From NCBI GenBank assembly GCA_015680685.1, contig MNCI01003141.1, positions 4,404 through 68,403 of the forward strand: a DNA stretch of 64,000 nt. The letters run 5' to 3'. Source of the stretch: Gnetum montanum. Lineage: Eukaryota > Plantae > Gnetophyta. The notes beneath the pieces are model-generated. The model was not told the DNA's origin and made no database searches. It worked only from the letters and a program-made list of their open reading frames with translations. A program made the translations under genes and the position numbers. Positions 14,791-28,129 of the stretch are shown here, piece after piece. The first letter of the stretch is position 1. Each line of letters opens with the position of its first letter.

Positions 14791-14869
14791 ATAGATCAAG
14801 AAGCATCTACACCTAGTGTAGCAACCCCATTGCTTCCTACCCAAGCACCATCCTTGTGTATTCACACAA

Positions 14870-15097
14870 GGGCCAGAAATGACCTAAAACTAGCAACAAC
14901 CCAAAATGGCCTAAAACTATGCTACACCATGGCCTGAAATGACCTAAAACTAGCAATTGCCCGAAATGGCCTAAAACTAGCAATGACTCAAAATGGCCTA
15001 AAACTAGAAATGGTCCAAAATGGCCTAAAACTATGTTATGCCATGGCTCGAAATGGCCTAAAACTAGAAATGGCCTGAAATGGCCTAAAACTAGCAC
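14870..15097 (+). repeat. Tandem array 1 of element A (~30-bp unit, AAATGGCCTAAAACTAG)
   Basis: About 8 visible copies directly after gag-PR. Confidence 0.9.
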
Positions 15098-15258
15098 AAA
15101 AGAGTGAAAGTTTAACATGACATTTAGCATGTACACAATGCATAAGCTAGCATAAAATCAATTCACCTCTGTATTCAAATTTTTTTTCTTTTAGACAATG
15201 TTTACAAACATTCTACAAAAACTCAAAAAACATTTTCAAAGAAAAAATCCCCATGTTA

Positions 15259-18200
15259 TCATGGGTTGTCTCTACCCCCATCATCCTCATCATCTTCTTC
15301 TACATCACCTTCCTCTGTATTGTCCCCTACTACCACTTTACTCCTTCCTGCTACGGTCCCTGCGCCCTCATCGGGAACTTGCATTGTAGAAATGAAGTAG
15401 TCAACTAAGGCAATGTACACAAGTTACAATAGAGCATAAGCATTAATATAGTAGGAAGCAACTAACCTAAGAAGGACCTACATCTGTATCGAAGGGTAAT
15501 TGGTCTAAACTGAGCCCGAGGTGGTGCCGGACTTCCTCTTTCGTGATGTCCACCCAACGCTTGATGCTAGGTTCAGCGTTTGCAGTACCTCTCTCCCTTT
15601 CAGCGATCGTCCACCTTGGTGGTCCTAGAGAAAAGGAGGCAGTTGCGGTCTTGCCTATGGGAAAGTCCACTTCCCATTTAGGATATTTCGTAACCTTTAC
15701 TTGCTCTTTGAACTTACCATAAGCCTAAGAAGCGCCAATAGCATTTATGAATTCCTTATAGGTAAATGCCTCCATAGTAGCTTCCCTATATAGTTTACGA
15801 TAGGTGGCATGTTCCAGTTTATACATATGTTATGGTTCTTCTAGAACTGCCCCCATTCGTAAACACTTGCACTGTAATCCTTCCAATCCTGACACTTCTG
15901 GGCCAACAAGTCCATTTGCATTCGCTGCTCTATTATTTCATGGGTGGCTTCATTTTTCTGACACATGACTATCGAAAATATAGCATGATCTATCACAGCC
16001 ATGTGCTAGTCCTCATTATTAGTATCACAGGTTATGAGGAATTTGTTCCTCGATTTGAGGTCCGCCACCTTAGCACTGAGGTCGACCTTCTCTTTCTCAG
16101 CTTTTTGGACCCGTTTCCACATGTTCTCATTGATGCACTTATACTCCAACAAGGAGCAGGCCGAATGCAAAGAACACTTGCAAACCTCATCATATGCACA
16201 ATGAGACACCTCGATCAGTTCGGGTAGGAATGTAGGCACGACACCGACTTTCAAAGGCTATGCCAGGTTCCATTTGAGTTGAGAGGCTACCCTGACATAA
16301 AGAACATATCAGTCACATTAGCATAGAAAGGTTAGCAAAACTCAAATCATCTAGCATAGCAACACGAGAGCACCTAACACCACTACTTACCCACTTTAGG
16401 ATCAACCTGCTGAAGATCGTTGATCATGTCATCAATGATCCCTTGAGTAAATGTAAACTTATCATGGGTCTCGTCCCATGGTTCCACATGACTCGGAGGG
16501 GGTTCTGCAACATCAATAGTGGCACTTTTCATATAACTAAATGAATAAGTAATGACCAAAATAGGCTATGACAAGGTGAACATATTGTCGAACTCACGAG
16601 CATCCAGTTGTGGTCTCCCTTCCTGCTGATGCAAAACGATGATAGCAGCCTTGACAGAATTCTCTGCCAGGTCTGTACGGGCCTCTTCTTCATGCATTGG
16701 TGCCTTTCCTTTTAAGAGACCAATGTCTTTTTTATTCAAGGGAGATTCCTCTTCGTTAGTAGGATGATTCTACCTAATAACAAGAGACCCTGCATTAGCA
16801 ACAGGAGCTCCTTTCTTCTTGACTGGGGCCCTTCTCTTTGAGATCGGGTCCTCCGTGTCTTTATTTTTCACCTCCATCTTGGAAGCCGACACCTCTTCAT
16901 TTCCTTCTTCTTCCTCCTCCTCTTCCTTTGGAAACCAAAATCATGTTTGCGTTAGCCCAAAATAGGTTAGCCTAAAGAAAGTGCTACGCTATGCTACACC
17001 TTCTAGCATATCACAACATGGTAGGCATTAGCAAATTAGGCAAAGAATAAACATGAACAAAAATGTTTACTAATGGGGGGTTGCATCCTTTGTAGCTTAA
17101 GCCACAATCCCTTGCCCTCCTCTTCTTCAGCGTAGAGGGTTTCCTTAGCAAAAGGAGGCCTCTTTTGCTACAACTTTCTGGCCACAGTCTTGGCAATGAG
17201 ATGCTTCCTCTGTGACATGCTACCAGTTACAGCAGGGGGCATCTCTCCTATGCTATCTTGGCCATGAAAGTTGCAGGCCACGTGATCCTTAGTCATCACA
17301 GAAAATGACTTCCCAATTGCTTCTTGGGGATCTTGGGCTCAGGTGGTCTGGAGGATTTGGCAGATCCATGGTTTGGAAATCTGGTTGTGATTTTGTATAA
17401 TCCAGGCTTCATTCTTGTGAACTACTAGAAAATCCATGAAGCACCGCAAGCAAGCTATAAAGAAGGCATAAGGCAGGTTGAAATAGGACTCCTACTTCTT
17501 ATGGAGTCCCACAATTTTAGCTTGCAGGACTGTACATAGAAAATTAGCCTAGTTGTAGCAAGCCCCTTCCTCCATGACCTTGCACATTACCAGGGCCTAC
17601 TCAATCCCAAGGATCTTCCCTTCAGAGAGCACCTGGGGGAATGCGCAAGCACAAAAGATAGGTTCAACCTCCCTGGTGGGTCTTTCCTTGAGCTTCTCCA
17701 TGGGAAGCCCCTTCCACTCCTTGGTAAGCCCTAACCACTCTTGAATGTCCTTCTTCTGGAGGCTTAGCTCCCTGTTGGACTTTGACACTATGAGGACGCC
17801 ATTCATGGGGATGCTGAAAATATCTATGAACAACTGGTCATTGATTTCAATGACCACCCATATGTCGTGTATGCGCACGCAGAGGTAGTCTGCACTACTA
17901 GAAAAGGAGCTAACCAGGGAAAGCATCTCAGTGGTAGGAACACTCGGGTTCGGGGCCAGGAACAGATCCATAAGCCTAGCCTTTTGGATGTTTTGAACCA
18001 AGGAGTCCAAGGCTGCACTGCATATCCAGCACTGGCTCACCTCTACTTGTCCGTACTTGAAGTAGATGTTTGCCTCCTGGTGCTCAATGGTCACCACCAT
18101 CACGTCTTGGGGCTTTTTCACCCCTATAGTAACTTGCACAAAATATTTTAGCATGTAAAAATAGAGAAAACCCAAAAATTGCAAAGACACATAAGCATGT

Positions 18201-19739
18201 AGCACCTAATGTTCAGCTAACCAGGTTTTGTATGGTAACAGGAATAGCAGAAGATTAACTAGGACTTGTTCAACAGTGATTGGTTTGAAGGGTGCCCTTC
18301 CCTCATCCAACTGACCAAACTCCTTACACTTGCCATAGGGAATGGGGCATAGGTATGTGTGGTATTCACCCCTGCATTGACCAATCACACCTGCACGTAG
18401 GTTCTTAGCAGAAGAGAACTCCTACAGGGCTATCTATGTTATGGTCAGCACACCCGACTTATCGTGAAGCCCTTCCTTGATAAGGTAGAACTTAGTAAGA
18501 AAAACATATTGTTAGCATTTGACTAGCATAGCAAGTATTGCACAATACAGTAGAGTAGGGCTACAAAACTCACCCACTAGCATAGTAGATAGTCCTTGGT
18601 GGGTTTTCCAAGCACATTCCCATATGACACGCAACAAACAATGTGTTGTAAGCATGGTAGCAGCTATACTTAGGCATACCCCCGATCCAAGCCAAACACC
18701 TCAAATCTTTGGGGTGTTTGCTAGATCCTTCTCTATGCCTACTGCTAATTGCACTATCCATCAAAAATCTCAAGATACCCTGATTTGCCCCAGGAAACAA
18801 GGTTTCTGTTATGATGGCCGCCTCTTCCTCCTCTAGGTATGACCAAACAATCACACTAAAATGTTGGAGGAGAAACTGTAAGAACTCCTGTGCTACTTGC
18901 TTGAACTAGAACCCCCACTCTCCCACATGTGCATGGGGAGGAGGAACATTGGCCACTGGTTTGCTCATGCAACACAGGACCCCTACAATTTCTAGGAAAA
19001 TCAGAGTTGCCCTCAGCACTATCCTGCACAACACAACTAGTAAATGTTAGCATCATGCCCAAGTGCAATACACACACAGCGTAGAAAGACCTAGCATTTT
19101 AGCATATAGCGTAGCATAACCCTCTTCTTGCCCATAGTGTAGTAAGAATGTGAAAGAAATAGCATAGTAAGAATAGCCTAGCGTAGCAACAGAGCGATTA
19201 AACCTAGCAGAGTGATTAATAATACACCTTGACAAAACATGTGTCATACTATCACATCCCACATGGCGAAACCCTCCTAAGGATCCTACGCTATGCCATT
19301 CTAAAGCCAAGTAACTTTAACCATCCAAACCCCTATGGTAAAGACAACTGTAGCGATGGTGGTCTAGGCAACCTTCCATGCAATGATGGCGTAGCATTTG
19401 TGCATTTGCCATGGCCAAAATGGAAATGGCGATGATGTAAAGGCCAAAAAAATGATAACACAATGACAGTAAACACAAACATCTAGAACTAAATTGCAAA
19501 GAAAAAAATAGAAGCAGAAAAACAAAAATGATAACACCATGACATGCACCATCACACGCACCATGACACGCACCTATGTGACACGCACCAGGAAACAGAG
19601 GAAGCATAGTAGCCTACCAAGTCAACGGCATCTCCTCTCGCACCATGACATGCACCTATCTGATGCGCCCTAGGGTTTCCTTTACCTCATTGACCTTCGC
19701 GAGCACCAAGTGTATACGTTCTTTCTTTGAAGCCATCAT
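15259..19739 (-). pseudogene. Antisense multi-exon accessory gene of element A (FCP1-like pseudophosphatase + accessory domain + coiled coil)
   Basis: Exons approx 19739-19618, 19023-18574 (450 nt), ~18490-18262, 18132-~17071, ~16935-16598, ~16535-16391, 16286-15467, ~15380-15259; protein-level similarity to copy C in exons 2, 3, 4, 6 and 7; scattered stops. Confidence 0.85.
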
Positions 19740-19885
19740 TCTGCTTGCCAACTCCTCCTCGTTGCTATGTCAAAAATCGCCTTGCTCTTCGATAGCACCA
19801 TCGTTCTCACTTTGAAATCACTTTGTGCTCCAAATGTGGGCTCTGTATTGTTACGATGAAAATAGCAAGTTTAATAGAGGTTAAT

Positions 19886-19898
19886 CCCTATTTATAGC
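19886..19898 (-). promoter_or_regulatory. TATA box of antisense gene in A
   Basis: Minus strand gctataaataggg about 150 bp upstream of the ATG at 19739; positional equivalent in C at 56413. Confidence 0.6.
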
Positions 19899-20084
19899 AG
19901 TAATAGTAAAAAAGTGAAAACTTGTCATTCTCTCTCTCTGTTTAATGTGGAGTGCACCATGCAACATAGCATGCTCACCTTGACATTGTAGCACTATTGG
20001 CATTAAAACCTTGACATGCTTCAAGCTGACCATTCACTTTCCCCAAAAACAAAAAAATATATATATCTAACTTTATCGGACCGA

Positions 20085-20300
20085 AAAAGACCTTAAACTA
20101 GCAATCGTAGCGTAGTTGCAACTTTACTGGTCTGGAAAGACCTTAAACTACCAATCGTAGCATAGTTGTACTTTAGTGGTTTGGAAAGACCTTATACTAG
20201 TAGTCTTAGTGTAGTGGTGATTTTCACTGTCTAGAAAGACCTTAAACTAGCAATTTCAACCTGTTACACATTTGTAGTCTACAATGACATTAAACTAGTA
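20085..20300 (+). repeat. Tandem array 2 of element A (~50-bp unit, GACCTTAAACTAG core)
   Basis: Five copies of gaccttaaactag-like motif between the antisense-gene TATA and pol. Confidence 0.8.
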
Positions 20301-20564
20301 GTTTCACACTTTTGCATTGGAATTTTTGCATTTTTTGCAGTTTCGCATTTTCACATCGGTAGTTTTGCATTTTTCTTTTAACAGTTCTGCATCTCTATGC
20401 TTTAGTAGTCTAGCATGACTTTAAACTGGAAAATTTTAATCTTTATATCATACTTCGCTAGTTACATCTCATTGTTGTTTTTCAAGTTTTCATTATATGC
20501 GATTACTACCAATAGGTACCTCTTAACGAGGCTTTCATCTCATTTTGGAAAGGTTGAGCAAAAA

Positions 20565-23500
20565 ATGAAAATCCATCACAATCTCGCCATGCCTTCAGCT
20601 TTAGCAGGTTCACATGGCAAGCTTGCAAGACCATTGAACCTAGACCTAATCGACTAGGGGTCAACCACAGCTAGCATCATAGCATCCTTAAAAACATCCC
20701 CAGACTGGCCTGAGCATCTAGTCCGAACCCTTGATTTAGAGGTCAAAGATGTAACTGAGGACCCTCTCATTGAGATTCCTATGACCATGTCAAAGGGGGA
20801 AGTAAAAACATTAAAACTTAGTTCCCTCTTAGATGCATAGACACACAAAGATGTAGCCAAGATTCTCCAAGCCAACATTAAAGTCTTCGCATGGTCATAC
20901 AGTGACATGCAGAGTTTAGATCCAAGGCTAATACAACACAACATTTTCCTAGACCCACGCATGAAGGCAGTCAAGAAAAAAGCTCATAAGGTTAAACTAG
21001 AAATTACACTAGCTTTAAGGGATGAAATCATCAAGCTATACCAAGTTGGTTTCATCCATGTAGTTAATTACTCGGAATGGGTGTCCAACATTGTTGTAGT
21101 TTCTAAGAAAACGGGAGGAATGTGAATCTGTATAGANNNNNNNNNNNNNNNNNNNNNNCCATGACTTACATCTTCAATGACTACATCCTAGAAACGCTAA
21201 ACAACTATGTGGATGATATAGCAGTCAAATCCAAGGAGGGTGCTAATCACCCATGTGATCTAGCGGCAGGCCTCAAGTGTTTTCAAATGCATGAGTTGTG
21301 CCTCAATCCTAAAAAGTGTGTCATTGGGGTGAAAATCATACACATGTCATTGTTTGTAGTATCGGAGGCTGGAATACCAGTGGACCCTAACAAGGTTAAG
21401 GCCATCGTCAACCTGGCACCTCCTACAGATCTTAAAGAATTGCATGGTTTGCAAGGTAGGGTACAGTTCATCTGAAGGTTTATAGCAAAGTTAACTAACA
21501 AGTTACACCCCATGCAACATCTTCTAAAGAAAGGAGTTAACTTTGAATGGATAACTCAATGTCAACAAGCCTTCGATGACTTGAAGAAAGAACTTTTGCA
21601 CCTCCCAACTATGTATCCACCGTAGAGGAATAAGTCTTTCTTCATCTACCTTGTCATCTCTAACACATCTATTGCAACACTATTATGTTAGAAATGAGAT
21701 GACAGATCTAAGATACCAGTGTACTTTCTCAGTCATGCATTAATAGTGCATGAGGTGAAATACAACAAAGTAGAGAGAAGTTTCCATGCCTTAGTATTTG
21801 CGTTAAAAAAGTGAAAGAATTACCTATTTCATAGTACAATTAACATCATTTGCAAAAGCAACATACTCCAGGCTATCACTAACAACCTGTATGAAAGTAG
21901 CAAGATAGCCCAATGGAAAGAAATAATTGTAGAGTTTGACTTACACTATGTGAGCCAATCATCGACAAAGGGTCAAGCCATAGCAACCCAAATTACAGCC
22001 TCACTCATCGACGACCAGACAACCATAGATCCCAAATTCTTAGATGAGCATGTTAGCACTATCAATGCCATACCATTGTATCTCAAAGATACTTTACACT
22101 TTGATGACACCTTGACCATGCGGGGAGGTAGTGCAACTACCATCATCGCATTCTGCTCTGGGGAAATGCACCCGTTTACTTATCGTTTTACGTTCCTCTG
22201 CACCAAGAATGTGGCAAAGTACGAGGGGCTACTCAGAGGTCTCTCAAGTCCCCAAACACTATGCTTACAACATCTGGAGATTCTTAGTGATTCACAACTA
22301 GTTGTGAATCAAATCACCAAGGTCTATGCCTACAAAGCTATGCATCTACAACCCTATTGCGATCTAGCAAAAAACTTGCTCAAACAATTTGCAATTACAG
22401 ATGTGCAACATGTGCCATGCAACGAGAACATCGTAGCAGAAACCTTAGCCACCCTTGCACTAAATATTCCACCACACTCATTTTCAAGTCTATCAACTTC
22501 GACTGTCAAGTGTACTGAGCCTATCACTCAGGCGGGACGCATGTCCGCTATCAGTGCCATAGACACGCAGGAGTGGTACGGCAACATTAAAGCCCACCTG
22601 CAACATGGTGAATCCCCAAGTAGACTAACATTTGCCTAGAGAGATGTAATTTGTAAGCGTGCCCAAAAATATACACTCATGGGAAATGATGTTTTGTGCA
22701 AATGTTCCTATGACGGGATATTTTTGGCATGCATGGGTGAGGAGCAAGTGTGAAAGCTAATTAATGAAGTACATGAGGGACTGTGTGGAAGACACATAGC
22801 ACCTAGGGCTATGGCTATGAAAATTAGATGTCTAGGGTACTACTAGCCCCATATGGAGCATGATTGTCTATTAAAATTTAATACATGTGACACATGCTAG
22901 AGATACACAAATCTCATACATGTATTAGCTACGGAGTTGCACCCAACACAGATCACATGGCCTTTCTAGCAATGGGGACTAGACCTCATAGGACCTATCA
23001 CACCTAAGTCCTCTACAAGGCATAGCTTGATCATCATCATCACTGAATATTTTACTAAGTGGGTGGAAGCTATCTCATTGAGGAAGAAAACATCTCAACA
23101 GGTTTGTCACTTTATACTGGATAACATCGTGACAAGGTTTGGGCTTCTGATGACTATTGTAACCAACAATGGACCACATTTCAGTAGTACAGAAACTCAA
23201 ACCTTCTATAGTAATCTAGGCATTAGGAAATCATTCTCCTCCCCATATTACCCATAGGCGAATGGGTAGGTGGAGGCTACAAATAAGTCCATCATCAACT
23301 TGTTGAAGAGGATGCTTAACAATAGCAACAGGTGGTGGCATGACCAAATCCTCCATGTTCTATGGGCCTACAATGAGTAAGACTCCTTACAGTCTTGTTT
23401 ATGGATCTGAAGCTATGTTGCCTCTTGATTTGTAGGTACCATCACTCTGGATGATCCTATCTGATGTCATGAATGAAGCCCAGAACAACGATTCAAGGAT

Positions 23501-23795
23501 TATCAACCTTAACTCAATAGAGGGGGAGCATGCACAAACGCTGAGTCGCATAGAGAACTACCAGAGCAAGAAGCAACAAAAACACCAAAAAAACCCACAT
23601 CAATGACCAATACAAAAGGGAGACATCATCCTCAAGGCTGTCCATGAGCATGTGAGCAAATTCTCAGCCAATTGGAAAGTCCCATACATGGTCACCAAAG
23701 CCTTTGAGAATGGAGCCTTCAAGCTGGTGGACATGGATGACAACGAGTTCGCCAACTTGGTGAATCACTCATACCTGAAGGTGTACTATATCTAA
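20565..23795 (+). pseudogene. pol: Element A pol: RT-RNase H-archaeal RNase H-integrase (part of RT lost in N gap 21137-21158)
   Basis: VFAWSYSDM, WVSNIVVVSKK, YVDD, aRH FD...CTKNVAKYEGLL...DSQLVVNQ...NIVAETLA, IN HEGLCG, WGLDLIGP, EYFTKWVEA, FSANWKVPY. Confidence 0.92.
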
Positions 23796-23814
23796 GCACA
23801 TGAAGTAGTCAAGA

Positions 23815-24125
23815 AAACATCTGCTATGATGTGAAACTGGAAAAGGTGAGCAAACATCTGCTATGACATTAAACTTTCATGGTTTCATAAACGTTCTCTA
23901 TGACTTAAAATTGGTGTAGATCATCCGCTACAATGTAAAACTAGAAAAAAATGTTTTCTATGATGTAAAACTGGCATAGATCATCTACTACGATGTAAAA
24001 CTAACAAAAAACATCTGCTATGATGTAAAATTAGCACAGATCATCTGCTATGATGTAAAACTAGCATAACACATCCACGGTGATGTTAAATTAGCACACA
24101 TGGTCTACCAGGACCTTAAATTGGG
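23815..24125 (+). repeat. Tandem array 3 of element A (~30-bp unit, CATCTGCTATGATGTAAAACTRG)
   Basis: About 10 copies immediately after the pol stop codon. Confidence 0.9.
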
Positions 24126-25467
24126 TCTGTGGCACATCCCTAGCATGCATCTACACCAAGTACACATCAAGAGAGCATGCAAAATGCTGATGTGTGATGG
24201 GATGTTGCAGTTCTAGAACATAATTCATGATGCATTGAGAACACAATCTAGAACATATGCAATGCCGCCATTCCTAGCACCTTGTTGATCCCCTAGATGT
24301 CGTATGACATCTCATTGAACCCTTAGACCTACCATTGCCATAGCCCATCACCCTGATGGTAGTTCCTTGGTTAGTGCCTACTTCTAGAGTTCTAGTAATA
24401 TTGTGGCCTAGCCACAATATTATCACCCTCCATCTCCCTGCCAGCATCTAGGCTCAAGCGACATTTAGCTATGTGGTAACTGATCCCATAGCTGAACTGA
24501 GAATGCATGCCTTTGGCAGGTATTCCAAAGCATCTGCACTCACGGAAACTCACTGCTTCTTCAATGCCAACTCCTCCATCCTAATGATGTGAAGGGTATT
24601 GCTGACCTTCCTACTTTGGACATGATGCATCAGCAAAGGTGTCCAATAGCTTCAACAATGTCTACAACAAGCAAGATCTTTGCCCTCATTTGGAATCATG
24701 GCAATTTTTGCTACTTTTCTCTCTATCATGTTTGTAAGGTGCAACCAAAGGTGCATCTTGTCATAGTAGCAAATGCTACAACATTACAAAATGATTGTCT
24801 TGACTAGCTTGGCTACTTCACAGTGCACATCATGTCCTACCTTCTAAGCTTCTTCCCCTTACCTCACTCCCTACATCTACAATTCCTACTCACTCCCCTC
24901 TTTTACAAGCTTTTTTCCAACGCTTGTTAAGCCCTCCTGTTTGCTCAACCACAAAGACCATGATGTGTGTAACATAGCTCACTGCATGGGAAGTATCTAT
25001 AGGCAGGTTAAGGCCCCCATGCTGATGTAACACAACTCATTTGGGGAAAGAAACACCAATCCTGCAGCAAGGTTTTTCGCAAATTTAAGTAGAAAAATAT
25101 CAAAAGGAAAAAGCATAAGAGAGCAAAAACGTAGTGCCTAACACAAATGGCATGTAAGCTGTTTCGCAATCACCCTCTCCAAGAGTTTTGAAGAGAGGTC
25201 AAAGGTCAGCAAGAGTAAAGATGAAAATGTGAACACCTCCCTCACAAGCACGCCAATGAGGGACTCTGCTAAGCCTCATCTTTATCCTTCTCCTAAACCT
25301 CATTCCTCCTTGCTTAGCCCTTTTCCCCCAACAAAAACAAATGCAACACTCTCAAGCATAGCTAAACGATGTCTTGATGATCACCACACGGTAATGTTAG
25401 CATTTTATCTTCTGTGGTGTTTCATATTCTTTGTTAATGGCTCTTGGATCCATCCTCTAGACATTGA

Positions 25468-25481
25468 CAAAGAGCAGCCAA
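25468..25481 (+). promoter_or_regulatory. Polypurine tract of element A
   Basis: CAAAGAGCAGCCAA-TGAAACACCCTAAATTTT aligns with CAAATAGGGGCCAA-TCAAACACCATAAAATTT on the minus strand of element C. Confidence 0.65.
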
Positions 25482-27227
25482 TGAAACACCCTAAATTTTC
25501 AAGGCATTCTTGCTTCACTAGGCCATCATAATTCAGGCAGTGTCACAATAGTTCATCAGGAGATGGATGTTCTGGGCTCTAGGCTATACAGTTTCACAAA
25601 TTTTCTAGCTAGGTAATTCGTCCAGCCGATAGCCTACATAGAAGTAATGTGGAGAGTTTTTGGCGATGCTCAAAATGTGCAAAATAGTTTGGAAAGTTTT
25701 CTAGTTAAGGAGTTTGCTATGCTATGCCACACTATATAGCGTAGTAGACTTTGGAAAATAGTTGTTCAAATAGTCAACTACAAATTATTGCAAGAAAAGG
25801 CACTACGTAGCATAGCACAGTGTAGGGATAGCAAGATAGGAAGGCTTAGCCTACTTAGTGATTTTCAATTACACTAAGTTAGCATTCCTAGCCTTCAAAA
25901 ATAGTTGCTTCTCTCAACTCCAAGTGCTTCAGCAATGGCTCCTTCACAAGAAAACAACAAACTTAGTAGAAAAGTAGGCTATCTTAGTTGCTATGCTACG
26001 TAGCATAGCATAGCATAGCAACTCTGTGAATGGCATCTTAAAGGGCAGGATCAGCAAGTTCGCAAGGTTCACAGCATAAAAGGCAAAGTTTGTAGATTGG
26101 CGACATTTTCACGACTAAGGCTAGCTGCTACGCTATGCTATTCTCTATAGCATAACAAAGTCTAGCAAGTGTCCGAAAATTAGTCGAAGTGCTTCAAAGG
26201 TCTCTGACACATGCAATAGGACACAACACAAGTTTTTGCTTCAAACTGATGGCTACGCTATGTTATGCTGCATAACGTAGCACAACGTAACAAGTTGCCA
26301 TGCTACACCTGCATGCTACGCTACAAATCATGGCATGGTGTAGTAGATAGTTACGCCACATCAATGCAGTTCACCTAATTACACCGTTGGCACACATCTC
26401 CAAACTCTGACGGTGCAATTACAGTGTGGCAGGTTCGCAATTACAGCATGGCAGGCTCGTCCAACAGATATGCATGTCCAACGATCATGCATGCCCATTC
26501 AGCATAGACAATTTAACATAGGCCCAAGGCATGTGGTGTCCAAACCACATCTTTCGCATGCCCTTGTTCCTATAAATACCCCAATGAACAATGCTCCAAA
26601 AAAACCATTTTTAATCTTTTTGGGGGGCTTGTTTGGCAATTTGAACAGTTGATAATTTTGTTGACTAGCAAGCAAGAAAGTTAGTATTGTATTCTTGGCA
26701 TTGTAAACATCTTGTTTGACACCACAAATATTTGGCACTCTTGCTTGGCATCCTTTCCTGCTCTTTTCCACTATCCTCATAGCATTTTGTATTGTTGACT
26801 CCTAAATCTGTGTTCAAGTATACAACTGTCTTCCTCTAAACATCTTGATTACCTTTGGGATGTCTGCACCTCCCCACGTCATGCAACAAATTGTATCCAC
26901 CTTGGTAGAGTGGAGTCACATTCTTGAAGCAGTGCATTTTTATAACTGAAATTTACTTTGTTTTCTTGCTTATTATCACATTTCACATTTTTTTTTACCC
27001 CTTTTGCATTTAAAGTTATCATTTCATGATAGAAGTCTCATTTTCAAATTATCTATTTACGAAAGGTTATATTAACACTGACTATGTCCCTGTCTGATTG
27101 ACCTGATCGTTCAGGGCACCCCATTTCCATTTTATCTAGCACGACCCTCACATGAATATGGGGTTAAGACTATCATGATCAACGACCTCTTGGTGTTTTT
27201 CAGCCATCGATGTTTTCAGTCGCTACA
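25482..27227 (+). repeat. Element A 3' LTR (~1.75 kb)
   Basis: TGAAAC...GCTACA termini; 3' half matches the 5' LTR; U3 is rich in TAGCRTAGC/GCTAYGCTA motifs; TATA near 26570. Confidence 0.8.
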
Positions 27228-28129
27228 TTTTACATTTTGTAAGTCCCTAGGTGATCTTCTCGATTGTTTAGGGTACTAAAATTTCATTTTTTTTGGAGGC
27301 CCTATGGATTTGGGATTGAGGTTGTTGTGCTAGATCCATTGGTTTCCTAGTGATCGACATTACTGGTTCCAGCAGTTTTTGGTGCTAGAAGGAGAGCCTT
27401 TGACTAATTTTTATGAGTAGATCTATCTTTCCCATAGCCAATGTTGCATGTTGAAAGCCTTTTTCTGACTTTTTTCAACCAAAAATTTGAAGAACCAATG
27501 CTGATCTTTCCTCCCCTATGACCAAAATTGTAGCAGGGAAGTTGTAGGTGGTTGGGTGTTGGCTTTTCACAGCAATTGCTGTGAGGCTTTTTAACCCGAA
27601 TCCAACATTAAAATTTTTTCCCATTTTTCTTTTTTTGCTATCATATTTTTCAATTTCCAAATTGGGTGATGTAATCCTTTTGAAAACCATCAAAATTTCA
27701 AAAGTTAGCTTTTCCCCATCTTTCCTAGCTGAGAAAATTGGTAGCCTATTTAAACCAAGGTTTAGTGGAAAAATACCAACTTTCCACTTTGGTTTTTAGC
27801 CTTCCCCACCCTCATCAATGTTGGATTAGAGAGGTGTAAGATTCTCCCCATCTCACCCCCCTTCTTTCCTCCCCTACCATACCCAACGGAGAGGTAATTG
27901 GGAGGCCAATGTGGATGAGGATTTACACCAACATTCCCAGCTTTCTATTTTTGATAAAGGGGTAAAGCCAATTACCTAAACTTACTAATTATAGAAAGTG
28001 CTTCATTTTTAGTCATATTTACTTCCTTTGATCATTTTGAATTCCACTTGTTGGGATTTACCTCTATTTTTCCATTTTATAGCCTATTTAAGCCATTTTA
28101 GCACTATAACAATGTCTTTCTAGTAGTCC

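Larger units (their letters stand above)
10005..27227 (+). mobile_element. Element A: near full-length Ty3/gypsy Tat-clade (Ogre/Retand-like) LTR retrotransposon, decayed
   Basis: Paired LTRs, PBS, gag, PR, 6-kb spacer, RT-RH-aRH-IN, PPT; the second (archaeal-type) RNase H between RH and IN is diagnostic of Tat. Confidence 0.92.

Noticed and set aside
15259-19739. Idea that the antisense gene is an independently nested DNA transposon or host gene
   Set aside because: It has the same position and orientation in three divergent elements, shows no TIR/TSD or DDE motifs, and its intron motif matches each element's own LTR motif.
14870-24125. Repeat-spacer-like arrays resembling CRISPR
   Set aside because: Eukaryotic retroelement context, no cas genes, spacers short and related to each other.
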